Of a stretch of DNA of 64,000 nucleotides, positions 42,001-51,369 are shown piece by piece. Each line of letters begins with the position of its first letter. The first letter of the stretch is position 1. Origin of the DNA: Mytilus trossulus (lineage: Eukaryota); the NCBI RefSeq assembly GCF_036588685.1, contig NC_086375.1, positions 93,310,001 to 93,374,000 on the forward strand. The letters run 5' to 3'. A program made the translations under genes and the position numbers. Under the pieces are notes generated by a model. That model was not told where the DNA came from. It did not search any database and worked only from the letters and a program-made list of their open reading frames with translations.

Positions 42001-45000
42001 TTGTATCTTTGGTCCCTTTTTTTGTACCTTTTTTTCCTCGCAATAAGTTGACCAACCATTCTTGGCACAGGATATTTTATATTGAACAAAATTCTGGTAT
42101 TCAATGTTTATTGTTTCAAATTCTCATTTGATAAATAGTCTTTATTACAATTTACTTATTCGGCAACTTTTATGATAAAAAAAACATAATTTATTTTTAT
42201 AACATGGTTATAATGTATTATTATATAGATATAGGAAGATGTGGTGTGAGTGCCAATGAGACAATTCTCCATCCAAATAACAATTTAAAAAGTAAACCAT
42301 TATTGGTTAAAGTACGGCCTTCAACACGGAGCCTTGGCTCATGTATATTTATGAGCTTTCTGTTCCATTGCAACCTTTGACTGATGTTATTTCTTAAATT
42401 ATGACGTCATAAATACCTAGATCTCCTGGTTTGTAAATGGCTTTGTCAGTCTGGATAAAAATGGACGACACTTTGCTTGAAACTTGGACTCTTGTAGCAG
42501 TTTGGTCAAATGTAATATCACCGATAACGCGCACTCGGATCTTGTAATCATATCCTGCGGGGGTGTTTCCTGGTACCTCAAATGAATATCACATAGATAC
42601 TTAAATTCAACATTTCAAAAACACATTGAATACAAAGAATGATATAAATGTGGTTTTTGTTTAAATTAACTTATTAAACGCTTTGCTATATATTTAATGC
42701 GTTTAACGTTATTACGGTCAGTTTTATTTAATATCGATGTTAAGTCGAGTGATATTGGACCAATTTCAGAAAGTACTATGGTTAATTGTTTTCAAGAATC
42801 CTTTTCATCAGGAACTTTTGATAAGCTCTATTCATAAGGGAAAACAATTATGTCAATATTCATTATATAAATAGCTGTAATAGCTTTGTTGTTCCCATTC
42901 TTAATTTGTTTTCCCTTTGTTTTCCCTTGTTTTATGTTTTTTGTGGATATTTTTGTAATTATTGAAGAGTTTCCTGTTTATTTTAAATAATTATTTTCTA
43001 TATATCTTTACAAATGTGTATTTGCAAATCTCTATGCGAGTAAATTGTAATGTGTCTAAAGTTATCCTCCTTGCCTTAAAATAGGTAGCATGAGCAATTA
43101 CATACTTAAATAAGATAGAATTTGTCTTATTTTGTAATGCATGTGTAAAATTAAATTAGTTCATCGCCTCTTTGTGTTTCTATTATTTTTATACACTAGT
43201 ATGTGTACATTTTGTATATACGTTTTAGTAATCACCTCTGTTTGTCTATATTATGTTGATATACTTGCATGTGTAACTGTAATTTCATTGCCTGTGTATG
43301 ACATTGTGCATGGAAAGAGGTAAAATGTTTTAAAAAGGGACAATAACCCAACATTGCTTCGAAATACTTTTTGTGTAAAGTTTATTCAATTTGACCCCGC
43401 ATATTCATCTATTCAAAGGCTCTATACTTACTTTTATATGAACAACTCCTTGTCCCTCTTTAAAAAAAGAAAAAAATACATTCAATTGTATAGCGATAAG
43501 TTCGTCAATGTATAAAATGTTGACGGGTAAAGGTAGAATTATGGTAAACGCTTACAAAAGAGGGACGAAAGACACCAAAGGGACAGTCAAACTCGTAAAT
43601 CTAAAACAAACTGACAACGCCATGGCTAAAAATGAAAAAGAAAAACAGAAAAACAATAGTACACATGACACAACATAGAAAACTAAAGAATAAACAACAC
43701 GAACCCCACCAAAAACTAGGGGTGATCTCAGGTGCTCCGGAAGGGTAAGCAGATCCTGCTCCACATGCGGCACCCGTCGTGTTGCTTATGTGATTACAAA
43801 TCCGGTAAATAGTCTAATTCGGTAGGTCAAATTCATGAAAGGGAAGGGGATTTTAGTTACGACGTAAGGAACATATCCGATATCATTTGTGAAACGGTTA
43901 TTCCATAACGGTCAACCAACTCGTGATGGCGTCCGTAAAATTTACGAAGGGATGATTTCAACTTCACCATTTGGAACTCTTGGTTTAATAGCTTCCTTGT
44001 GAGCTACAATATATCACTTTGTTGTCATCTATGATAATATCAAAGATTTCTGAGTGATTTTGATCATATGTTTAGTGTCGATATAGGAAGATGTGGTGTG
44101 AGTGTCAATGAGACAACTCTCCATCGACATGAATATCAATAATATGGTCATATTTTACAAATTTTCTGTTTCTTTTTTCGAAAACTAAAGATTTTCTTAT
44201 CCCAGACATAGATTACCTTAGCCGTATTTGGCACAACTTATTGAAATTTTTGGATCCTCAAAGCTCTTCAACCGTTGTACTTGTTTTGCTTTATAAATAT
44301 TTTGATATGAGCGTCACAGATGAGTCTTGTGTAGACGAAACGCGCGTCTGGCGTACAAAATTATAATCCTAGTTCCTTTGATAACTGTTTGATCGCCTTT
44401 TGCTTTTGGAATAAATGCGATTTCCTCAATTTTCTTATTCTCTTTGCATGTGTTCTATTTTTACAATTTCTGTCACAATTCAGTTCAACTGGTTCTTTGT
44501 GTAAAGTATGGTTTCGTCATTCTACCCTGACGTGTAGCTTACAATTGTGTCTTAAGGTGGTACCTAACACTACAGGGAGATAACTCTGTGAAATCAGCTA
44601 AACGTTTTAATTACGTTGTGTTGTTAAGGGAATAATACGCTTCTCAATTATCAAAATTAGTGTTTGTCAAACTGCAATATAACCAGTGTAATTTTTCTGA
44701 TAAAACGGTTGGTTAAAATTTTCTAAAAAATTTATATTTTTGCCAATGGGTTAAAGTAAATACTTTGTAAAAAATTTAAGAAAATTAAAATAGCCAAATT
44801 ATTCTTAGTCAAAGTGTTGGGTACCACTTTAAAGATAACTTTGTTATTCTGTTTATAAATCTATAGTGATAATGTGCTGTTGATTTTATCAATTAGATCA
44901 AAATGTATTTTATAAAAAACAATTATATATATATATTTAAACTCACGACGTAACACGCGTTGTGCCTGTGTACTGGCTATTGTTTTGTTTTCTTTGTCTA

Positions 45001-47446
45001 GTATAGTTGCAAAAATTGTCACTTTTCTATCACTTCTCTTTAAAGCTGATAAACAAATTCTAGCGGATGCTCCAGCTCTTATCTGTTTCGGTACAGTTGC
45101 GATGTATGTACTGAAACAAAAAAACAAGCAATAAATACAAGATACATTATTAAAGTTTGAGTTTTCTAAAAAAAAAAAAAAAAAAAAATCAGCAAAAATA
45201 CCGAACTCTAAGCAAATGGCTCCTGCAATGATACAGGCATTTTCTTTTGATGGTGAAAATGGTGGATTAAGCCTATTGTTATCGATAGCTCAACCTCTCA
45301 TTTGTATTACAGTCACATAAAATTCCATAATACTGACAACAATGTGTGACAAAATATAAACAGACTAAATAGGTAAAAATGTATGAAACAGCGGTACAGC
45401 AGTTCAACATTGTGTTTAAATCTTTATAACCATAAAAACAAACAACTATGTCAACAACAAAAAACACAAAGTCATATGGACAAAGCAGATTAGCATACAA
45501 GAAATAAAAGAATACAAAATTTCACCATAGCACAAAAACACAATAATAGGATGTTTATGTACCGATCCACGTCAAATTGTTACTACCAAAAAAAGCAGAA
45601 GACATTCTTTGACATACGCCTGGCTCCTTAACTTTCTGTTCACACACTGTTGCCGTTTAAGTCTGAGAAGCAGCTGTAGACTGTTGTATAAGTTTTACTG
45701 TTGAGTCTTGTTTATTGATATCCGTTTGACGAGTCCTGGTACTTATACATCCTGTGCTATGGTAAATTTGTATAATTGTTTTTGAAAAGAGGGAACATTA
45801 TAAAATTGAGAATGGAAATGGGGAATGTGTCAGAGAGGCAACAACCATAGAACAGACAACAGCAGAATTAAATTTAATTATTATTTAGTTCTTCTGAATC
45901 CCTTTTTATTTTTAATCATGATTTAATTAGAACATATGAACCCTTTAGATACATCCGAATGCGATTTCTATATAAAAAAAATGAGATCCAAAAGATAGTT
46001 TTTTCGAACACAATTCATTACATGTACTTGTCAGGTTACTTGCTCTGGTATATCAGTTATTATGGTTTTAAGCTGGTAAATTGTACTTAATGTTTATCGG
46101 TTCAAATAGGATATAAATAAAAAAGTTCCGGTTGGAGAAAATAAATCAATACTCTAATCAATAGTTTTCCATTCATAACTCTAATCACTTTAATTTGAGT
46201 GGATTGCATATTGATCAAAGAATTTCCCATTTATGCATGTAAAAAGAACAGAAACTTGGGTGGAAATTGATAGTGGTTAATCGTCTGTAAATACGCAGGG
46301 AAATAGCTTTGCTGTTCATTAAGGTTTTTTCATAGATAAAAGCAAACATAAAACCAAACTCTGTGTTTATTTACTCGCCATTTCCTACCAAATGTCCAAA
46401 TAAACGAGCTATTTTTTTATTAAACATTCAAGAAAATATTATGTTACATAAATCTAGTTGTCCCAATTGAAAGAATTCATGTATGTGCATTATAGATTAA
46501 CTTATGTCTGCTTCATATTTGAACAAACACTCATGCTAGAAATTTCCCATGGGTCGGTTGAAAATAAACTTTAGAAAAAGTTCGAATTTGATTTTAAATT
46601 GTGAACCTTTCGTTTTTATGTAGTAACCCTTTCATATGAAATCTCTGAGTTGTTATTATATTTCACAGCTGTGCTCAGGATTTCATTGAGAGAGGATTAC
46701 TGCATACAAAGAAGTAAGTTCACCAAAGGGTTCTAAATAATACAGTTAGAGTCATATATTCGAAAGGTGGATGGACGCCATGATAGTTTGGTTGATCGTT
46801 ATTCAATATATGGAATATCTGTATCGAAGATGTCGAGAGATATGTTTTATTTGTCGTTATCATATTTCCGTCATGTTTCTGGCGTTTATTATAACAACAA
46901 ATGTAATACCAACCGATTGTTGTTTCGCGTCATTGATAACACGGCGGATTCCATAAGCGACGGAGAAAACGCATACTCCGTTTTCATTGACGTTATTGTT
47001 AGAATCGTTTCATATTGTTTACTTTCTTTTAAAATTAAATGGCAAATAATTAGCAGGTTAAATTAAATGGGGAAAATTATTAACGAAATCTCCGAATTTC
47101 AAGGTAATTCCAAAAAGGGGTAAATCTATTTTACCTGACGCAATTAACCAACGAAACACCTCTTACATTCCTGACTTGGAACGGGTACTTTCTGATAAAA
47201 CGGTGAGCTTAACGGGTAATAGCTACCTTAACTACTCATATTCCAAATCACTGGTTCCTATATTGACTAGTTTATTGGAAAAGTATGCAGTACTAGTTTG
47301 TGAACAAGGACACCAAACACAATCTTGGAATTGTATAGGTACAGGTGCTGGTTAGGGTTTAAGAGGGTTAAAAAAATACAGTTAACTTACTTTTTGGCCA
47401 CTACGAGCCCAACATGAGCCAATAGCAGACTTAAAACAAGTCGCAT
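1..47446 (-). CDS. CD109: Thioester-containing protein (invertebrate TEP / CD109-like, A2M family), spliced gene; 3' part lies outside the window
   Basis: Manual splice reconstruction gives an open frame across 26 exon positions with GT-AG junctions and matching phases. It includes a signal peptide and the family motifs FIQTDKAIYKPG, VLPKFEV, YTFGKPV, LAVDKSVLLL, FPETW, PDTITEW, LPYSAIRGE, GCGEQNM, YQRELSY..DGSFSAFG and WLTAFV. No ANATO-like Cys cluster is visible, so it is not C3-like. The symbol means CD109-like; orthology is not established. Confidence 0.93.
1286..5605. mobile_element. Long-TIR (foldback-like) non-autonomous DNA element with 6-bp TSD
   Basis: About 445-bp inverted repeats (1286-1730 / ~5121-5605) beginning CCAGACTTAAC; TSD ACAATA at 1280-1285 and 5606-5611. 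Confidence 0.85.
2040..2270. mobile_element. PIF/Harbinger-type MITE
   Basis: TIR GGCAGCAACC..TTGATTTTC, TAA TSD, internal poly-G and poly-C runs. Confidence 0.75.
6220..6301 (-). CDS. TEP exon 25 (GYQRELSYVHDDGSFSAFGNNDKSGTTW)
   Basis: Conserved thioester-domain motifs; aatag / GTAAGG. Confidence 0.95.
7010..7186 (-). CDS. TEP exon 24, thioester exon (GDLLG...ISYGCGEQNMIRFAPN...)
   Basis: Intact GCGEQ at 7116-7130. Confidence 0.97.
7837..7975 (-). CDS. TEP exon 23 (AEGIKQ...PPNLVEDS...VIG)
   Basis: EG and P.N.V..S motifs; tgtag / GTGAGT. Confidence 0.92.
8393..8530 (-). CDS. TEP exon 22 (SVLVK...VYFPLKPTALG...DAVQREFLIE)
   Basis: F.L.P..LG and DAV motifs of MG7. Confidence 0.92.
9280..9369 (-). 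CDS. TEP exon 21 (VSVKLANN...GPDGWTK)
   Basis: ttccag / GTAGCT, phase 0-0. Confidence 0.85.
9892..10360 (+). mobile_element. Helentron-associated (HINE / pearl-DTC84-like) non-autonomous element
   Basis: subTIR ATGCCCC with nearby inverted GGGGCAT, TCCG/TTCG microsatellite, about two 169-bp internal tandem units, 3' GTGGGGCAT plus short hairpin. Confidence 0.7.
11406..11658. mobile_element. MITE with ~30-bp imperfect TIRs
   Basis: TTATTTCAATTAACTGGGCGGAGTTAA / TTAGCTCCGCCAGATCAGTTGAAATAA. Confidence 0.55.
11978..12091 (-). CDS. TEP exon 20 (LTTFQRFF...LPYSAIRGE...VFNYL)
   Basis: LPYS..RGE and VFNY motifs. Confidence 0.95.
12463..12580 (-). CDS. TEP exon 19 (SDGTATI...APDTITEWIASAFAVNPNTGLGV)
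   Basis: PDTITEW motif; starts in phase 2. Confidence 0.95.
13428..16143 (+). repeat. Local tandem duplication of a ~655-bp composite repeat; second copy split by a ~1.4-kb insertion
   Basis: 13428-13735 is nearly identical to 14087-14395, and 13736-14083 to 15793-16143; insert ~14396-15792 is flanked by TATA. Confidence 0.8.
17104..17224 (-). CDS. TEP bait-region cassette exon 18C (SEWARWALSAEKGAASAQLASVGRTRKKFPETWIWVNKTTS)
   Basis: gtttcag / GTGAGG, phase 1 to 2, 121 nt, second FPETW motif. Confidence 0.9.
17396..17441 (-). CDS. TEP putative cassette exon 18B, 46 nt (FERKVVRITWIWDNTS), baitless variant or decayed duplicate
   Basis: Pyrimidine tract cttttcttctcaag, GTGAAT donor, phase 1 to 2, no stop codon; TWIW homologous to the ends of 18A and 18C. 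Confidence 0.55.
17520..17715 (-). CDS. TEP bait-region cassette exon 18A (Gly-rich; ...RTRKNFPETWLWVNSTTG)
   Basis: atttcag / GTGAGA, phase 1 to 2, 196 nt, FPETW motif. Confidence 0.92.
17794..18313. mobile_element. MITE immediately upstream (in transcription) of bait cassette 18A
   Basis: Imperfect TIRs AGGGAGAAGGTCCGGTAA / TTACTGGACCAACTCCT. Confidence 0.55.
19716..19773 (-). CDS. TEP exon 17 (GAGVYVLTDALLYQYIPPQ), ends in phase 1
   Basis: G..VLTD motif that precedes the bait region; aacag / GTAAGT. Confidence 0.92.
20444..20554 (-). CDS. TEP exon 16 (VLNELQSY...GRDAFSIFN)
   Basis: catag / GTAAGT; linker region typical of TEP/CD109. Confidence 0.9.
22066..22420 (-). repeat. Tandem decayed copies of the exon 15 3' end, donor and (CT)n, spanning an assembly gap (N 22115-22271)
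   Basis: Repeated TGATATCATTTCCTGATTTC..TAATAGAACACTTTT.TCGACTGCTAG units. Confidence 0.8.
22421..22570 (-). CDS. TEP exon 15 (VNINF...PGDDV...LAVDKSVLLLKSGNDITSQD)
   Basis: LAVDKSVLLL motif; tgtag / GTAAGC. Confidence 0.94.
22790..23635. repeat. Cluster of AATAAAGGCAACAGTAGTATACCGCTG-family repeats in both orientations
   Basis: Copies at 22874-23160(+) and 23385-23635(-); inverted pair 22790-22870 / 23215-23305; also 13716, 20099, 60330-60430. Confidence 0.65.
24475..24669 (-). CDS. TEP exon 14 (VFSKGSLV...LLIYYVRRRNGEVVADAITFPIEDIFKNK)
   Basis: Family motif YY....GEVVAD; catag / GTAAGT. Confidence 0.93.
25276..25338 (-). CDS. TEP exon 13 (PGQRLPLVIKVTEMIRFCNYK)
   Basis: attcag / GTATGT, phase 0-0. 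Confidence 0.85.
25983..26084 (-). CDS. TEP exon 12 (AVYRK...SPSRNYIQV...AQ)
   Basis: SPSxxYIQ motif; aacag / GTAAAC. Confidence 0.9.
26389..26690 (+). repeat. High-copy interspersed repeat (ATAGGAAGATGTGGTGTGAGTGCCAATGAGACAAC family)
   Basis: Other copies near 12809-13080, 19790-20045(-), 20790-20890(-), 42229-42340, 44081-44125, 50520-50680(-), 55620-55880. Confidence 0.8.
27055..27333 (-). CDS. TEP exon 11 (MG4 with Pro-rich / Gly-X-Y insert)
   Basis: 93 open codons between ttttag and GTATTT, phase 0-0. Confidence 0.88.
27926..28325 (-). mobile_element. Degenerate copy of the TTAA-flanked element at 54852-55448
   Basis: ATACGATACAGTTTTGAT ... TATCGTATGCTC termini, reverse orientation. 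Confidence 0.5.
28615..28827 (-). CDS. TEP exon 10 (INGKATI...VTESITG...FKPGLDYTII)
   Basis: VTE..TG and FKPGL motifs; tgtag / GTGAGT. Confidence 0.92.
28885..29110. repeat. ~56-bp degenerate tandem repeat, about 4 copies
   Basis: Repeated ACTGTCTATTAGC...CACTCTGAAAAGACTTAAAG. Confidence 0.75.
30709..30865. mobile_element. Small MITE with Tc1/mariner-like termini
   Basis: Perfect 13-bp TIR CAGTAAATAGGTG; internal AATTAC/GTAATT repeats; TA on the right flank only. Confidence 0.55.
31027..31275. mobile_element. PIF/Harbinger-type MITE, same family as 2040-2270
   Basis: GGCAGCAAC...GTTGCTGCC termini, TAA TSD. Confidence 0.7.
32061..32157 (-). CDS. TEP exon 9 (YTFGKPVQGDAEL...KKFK)
   Basis: Conserved YTFGKPVxG motif; phase 2 to 0. 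Confidence 0.93.
32984..33068 (-). CDS. TEP exon 8 (VLPKFEVNVVLP...INAL)
   Basis: Conserved VLPKFEV motif; tgtag / GTGAGT. Confidence 0.93.
33534..33573 (-). CDS. TEP exon 7 (REKSTKYFEVERF)
   Basis: ttttag / GTGAGT; FEV.. leads into VLPKFEV. Confidence 0.88.
34575..35790 (-). pseudogene. Decayed Penelope-like retroelement 5' ORF with N-terminal GIY-YIG endonuclease (Naiad/Chlamys-type order)
   Basis: Minus-strand translation gives CKSINVVYGLECNIRGVLYANETKGRLKKRMYGHR (GIY-YIG-like), then GCNDKIDGIG, NILHHKLVQS and CTCANS..YNPAGHVISGEL, with stops and frameshifts. It ends in three ~70-bp tandem copies at 34575-34790. Confidence 0.75.
35993..36036 (+). ncRNA. Minimal type I hammerhead ribozyme, copy 1 (in repeat 35880-36068)
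   Basis: CTGATGA, stem II GTCT/AGAC, GAAAC, GCAT loop, GTC cleavage triplet (after 36030); stem I gcatca/tgacgt. Confidence 0.75.
39396..39491. mobile_element. 96-bp fully palindromic MITE with 8-bp TSD
   Basis: 48-bp arms with one mismatch; TSD ATTTCTTG at 39388-39395 and 39492-39499; CACAGG termini. Confidence 0.85.
40407..40532 (-). CDS. TEP exon 6 (DPKRNRVKQF...FQLSTLTNLGSWTIRVEQK)
   Basis: MG2 motifs DP..N...Q and FQLS....LG.W.I; tttcag acceptor. Confidence 0.92.
40724..40862. mobile_element. Short MITE
   Basis: Imperfect TIR GTCATAAAACTT / AAGTTGTATGAC. Confidence 0.45.
41250..41320 (-). CDS. TEP exon 5 (VQFRVFGINTRLKVLTAPLTIYIQ)
   Basis: aacag / GTAAGT junctions, phase 1 to 0, MG2 motif VxFRV. 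Confidence 0.9.
42417..42576 (-). CDS. TEP exon 4 (VPGNTPAG...FIQTDKAIYKPGDL)
   Basis: Conserved MG2 start motif FIQTDKxIYKPG; GAG acceptor, GTATTT donor. Confidence 0.93.
43432..43457 (-). CDS. TEP exon 3, 26-nt microexon (QGQGVVHIK)
   Basis: Long T tract with AAG acceptor, GTAAGT donor; bridges phase 1 (exon 2) to phase 0 (exon 4). Confidence 0.75.
43556..44003 (-). mobile_element. 3' end of a Penelope-like retroelement (ORF C-terminus plus tail), 5'-truncated
   Basis: Translates LTRKLLNQEFQMVKLKSSLRKFYGRHHELVDRYGITVSQM; tail copy at 41846-42020(+), degenerate ORF-end copy at 46765-46870(+). Confidence 0.7.
44311..44354 (+). ncRNA. Minimal type I hammerhead ribozyme, copy 2, core mutated to CAGATGA (in repeat 44126-44386)
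   Basis: Fully paired stems I and II, GAAAC-GCGC-GTC; U-to-A change in the CUGAUGA core. Confidence 0.7.
44556..44828. mobile_element. TTAA-flanked MITE (Kolobok-like)
   Basis: TIR GGTGGTACCTAACACT / AGTGTTGGGTACCACT, TTAA on both sides. Confidence 0.7.
44947..45110 (-). CDS. TEP exon 2 (MG1: NTYIATVPKQIRAG...QRVLR)
   Basis: tttcag acceptor, GTGAGT donor, A2M N-terminal-like sequence. Confidence 0.9.
47391..47446 (-). CDS. TEP exon 1 (start codon, signal peptide MRLVLSLLLAHVGLVVAK)
   Basis: ATG in ACCATG context, hydrophobic stretch, GTAAGT donor in phase 2 matching exon 2. An upstream ttcacag acceptor at 47464 implies further 5' UTR exons. Confidence 0.85.
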
Positions 47447-47509
47447 GGTTACTCCTTGTGTATCTGTGAAATATAATATAAAGAATTTAATACTCTTGTA
47501 ATTATAAAA

Positions 47510-47995
47510 CGTAAAATCACAAAGATACTGAACTCAGAGGAAAATCAATACGGAAAGTCCATAATCAAATGGCAAAATCAAATAACAAAACGCATCAAAA
47601 ACGAATAGACAAGAACTGTCATATTCCTGACTTGGTACAGGCAATTTTCGAACGTAGAAAATGGTGGATTAAACCTGGTTCTATAACGCTAACCCTCTCT
47701 CTTTAATAACAGTCTCATCAAATTCCGTTATATTTACATGATGCGTTAAATAAACAGTCACAATTAATAAAATAGTCAAAATATGGGTACATCAGTCATC
47801 ATCGCATAACAATTTTAAAAGGGACAATTTAACAGAACACAAAAACATCTATCTACGAACACATGGATTGACTTGAGTGTCTGACGTCATAAAATTTGTA
47901 TACGTCACATAAATTTGTCGTTCAATGTGCATACAAACAGTTTTAAAATTTACAAAGGCAATGTAAGTATACAGAGTTAAAAAATCAAAAGTATG
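47510..47995 (+). repeat. High-copy interspersed repeat (AAAGTAAAATCACAAAAATACTGAAC family)
   Basis: Other copies at ~14396-15792, ~49882-50198, ~10655-10920. Confidence 0.8.
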
Positions 47996-48190
47996 TTTTA
48001 ATTAGAAGTATAAATTATAGCTAGATTGATGTGTGCTGAACTGTTAAACAGTTTCTGTATGTCTTGCCAATGTTACAGTTGACATGCTTGTAAGTATAAG
48101 GTTATATAAAATACAGTATTTCTGTGAAAATAGAAGAACAACGGAATAAAGAAATGCTAAACCAGAATATCACTATCAAATAAAGCCTAC

Positions 48191-48229
48191 CTTATTAACT
48201 GTTAAGGTATATTGTTTGAATGCCGTCTG
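48191..48229 (-). other. Possible short 5' UTR exon of the TEP gene
   Basis: ctcttcttcag acceptor and AG|GTAGGC donor upstream of exon 1; no transcript evidence. Confidence 0.3.
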
Positions 48230-49295
48230 CTGAAGAAGAGAAACAGTTTCATTTAATCAACAAACTGTGTGGAACACATATCTATACATACAATATATCT
48301 AAACCTTTGACACTGGTTGCATATGTAAGCTTTCACTTCAATCAAAGGTCTTCTTAATCGTTAGTAAATATTGTTTATTAAACAATCTAGAAAATGATTA
48401 TATTAGTAACATATTGTATTTAATATATCTTTTCACCTAATTTTATATTCAAATTCAGTAATTATAATGTATTTTGGCAACATGTTTTATATGTCGTAAG
48501 GAAAAAACACTTTCGTCCAGGAAAAAAGTAATCATTTATAAAACGCAAAATAGTCCCGTAAAATAAGCAATGCCGGAAACACATCACTGTATACGTGACT
48601 AAAGTGCATCCTGTAAGGCGATTAAGTTGTAAAAGTATTTATGGTAAGAATGCAATTGCGTGGTGCATTGCTGTATAACTAATCTCTTTGTGCTTGTATT
48701 CACAAGCTATTTAATCCTGAGATAACAATGTCAATCGGATATATATTTTTTTGTTTATGGTAATGATGCAGCTTTATTAAAATAAAGTTTGACTTGATTT
48801 AGATAGATTTACCACAAAACGAATGCATAATGATTCACACAGAAAATATGTGTTCATAAATGTTTAATTGAATAATTCTTAACAGTCATGATTATTTTTA
48901 ATATGACAGAACTTATGACTTTACTCAAATAATGAACTAGTATGCAATACAATGAATTAAACATTTGTTTTTAAGACATTTACAATGTATATAATAGTCT
49001 ACAAATATAAATTACTTACTCTTTTTCCACAGCTATAGGTCATCGTACTGTCTTGACATTGGGCAGAGCTAATACCGCATAGTCAGCAAACAAAAGGCCA
49101 CGAAATCACAAATGTTGAACAATCCTAATGAGAAAACTAACGGCCTTATTTATGTAATAAAAAATATGTCCGAAAGTAAATATCTTACACAGTGAGAAAC
49201 GACAAACACTGAAAAACAGACTCCTGACTTGGGACATGTTCATTCATACCGAATGTGGCGGGGTTAAACATGTAAGCGGAATTAAACCCTCCCTA

Positions 49296-50410
49296 TTCTT
49301 CTCTTCTTCTTCTGCTTCTGCTTCTGCCTGATAATGGCAACAATCAACGAGCTGATTATTTTGCCATGACTTAGGTGCGCATACAGAGCCCCCCTCTCCC
49401 AATTCGATAGTTTAGTTCATCTTTGTCTGTGATGCTTTTAAAGACCTTCATCAGTTACAGCCACTTTGTCGTGTTCTATTTTATAGAGCATAGTTAGCCT
49501 AGCGTCTTTTCGACTTTTTTCCAGAGATGGCCAATCCAGGTGTTTAATCATTTTGCTGACACTTGAGTGATTATGGTGTTTGTTGGAAACATATCTTGCT
49601 GCTCTTCTCTGGGCCATTTTTAAACTATCTATTTCGGTTTTAAAGTATGGGTCCAATACTGGACTTGTATACTCCATTATTGGTCTTGCGAGGCTTTTGT
49701 ATGCATTTTCTCTTTATGAAGTTGTTCCTATGTTAAGTTTTCTCTTAAGGAAGCCTATTGTCCTATTGGCTTTGTTGCATATATTATTGATATGATCATT
49801 CCACTTCAGTTCGGATGTGAAGGTGCAGCCAAGGTATTTAGCACTTTTGACAGGTTCCATTTTGTGGCCATGCAATGTGTAAAAAGTAAAATCACAAAAA
49901 TACTGAAATTAGAGGAAAATCAATTCGGAAGGTCAATAATCACATGCCAAAATCAAATAACAAAACGCATCAAAAACGAATGGGCAAGAACTGTCAAATT
50001 CCTGACTTGGTACAGGCATTTTTATATGTAGAAAATGGTGGATTAAACCTGGTTCTATAGCGCTAACCCTCTCACTTTAATGACAGTCTCATCAAATTCC
50101 GTTATATTTACATTGATGCGTTAATTAAACAGACACAGTAAATAAAATAGTCTAAATATGGGTACATCAGTCATCATCGTATAACAATTTTAAAAAGGAA
50201 AGGTTTAAGATGTCGGAATGGTGTTGTTTTTGCGGCTGATGGTGAGAACGTTGCATTTGTCCGGATGGAAGGACATTTTCCATTTGACTTCCCATGTTCC
50301 CAGTTTGTCGAGGTCGCTTTGAAGGTCATTTAAACCTTTGTCAGATGAGATGGGAAGATATGCTATTGTATCATCAGCAAATAGGCGGACAGTGGATTTG
50401 ATCCCATCTT
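49296..50410 (-). mobile_element. 5'-truncated non-LTR retrotransposon (CR1/L2-like RT fragment) interrupted by a repeat at ~49882-50198
   Basis: VRLFADDT catalytic motif, F.PDKC, MEY...DPY...QRRAARY; 3' GCAGAA/GAA microsatellite tail. Confidence 0.85.
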
Positions 50411-51325
50411 ACATGTCTTACCTGAGATAGTGGTGTACTACATAAGAACGAAGTATAAAAATCAGTAGAAAAAGGCTATTAAAATTAAGTTCTCGTTTTT
50501 TAATTAAATTAAACTGTTATATTTTCCCCGTTAGAATGGTTTTACACATGATTTTTATAGCTTAATGTTCGGTGTGAGGCTATGCTCCATGTTGAATGCG
50601 TACTTTGACTTATAATGATTTACTTTTATAAATTGTGATTTAGATGAGAGAATTGTCTCATTGGCACTCATACGACCACTTCTTAAATTACTTAATTATC
50701 AAATGGATACAAATAGAAAAACATTTGACAAAAACATGGAGTGGAAGTGGCAGGGTACTTGCACATCCCAACAACAAAAGTACATATCTGAGATACTTGC
50801 ACTTACTTATAGGTGTTTTTGATATAGGAATAGGTTTTTATCTCGCACTTGATACAATTATTTGGATTAATCATGGATTAATATATGATTTGACTACGTA
50901 AGATACTGTAAAATTGATGAGTGCTCAGGATATTACAGAATTTTTTTTCGCTTTTCATATATATATAAAAAAAATAGTAAAGAAATATCAAGACGCATAA
51001 CCTTTCGGAGTTGCCTACATGCTTATCATTATGGGTTATTTGTCTCTTAACCGCGAAGGTATTTCAGAATTATCAAATATTCATTACACATGTTTTGAAA
51101 AATACCCGAAACATTAGGTTAAAATTAGATTATGTGTATAAATAATATCACCCAAATAACTTCATAACTTAACTTCAGCAGTATTAAACAAATTTAATCT
51201 TAAGACCTTTTAAATTCTACCTAGCTTATTATGTAATTTTCCAGTTTTAAAGGAATTAAATGATGATAACACAATAAATGCTCTTCAACTTTGTATTTGT
51301 TTGGCTTCAAAAGTAATTGATATGA

Positions 51326-51369
51326 GCGGCACTGATGAGTCTTGTGTAGACGAAACGCGCGTCTGGCGT
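51326..51369 (+). ncRNA. Minimal type I hammerhead ribozyme, copy 3, intact core (in repeat 51276-51402)
   Basis: CTGATGAGTCTTGTGTAGACGAAACGCGCGTC|TGGCGT with palindromic loop III. Confidence 0.8.

Noticed and set aside
46200-51200. NF-kB-like or promoter motifs near the gene start
   Set aside because: Only partial matches, as expected by chance, and the transcription start is not known.
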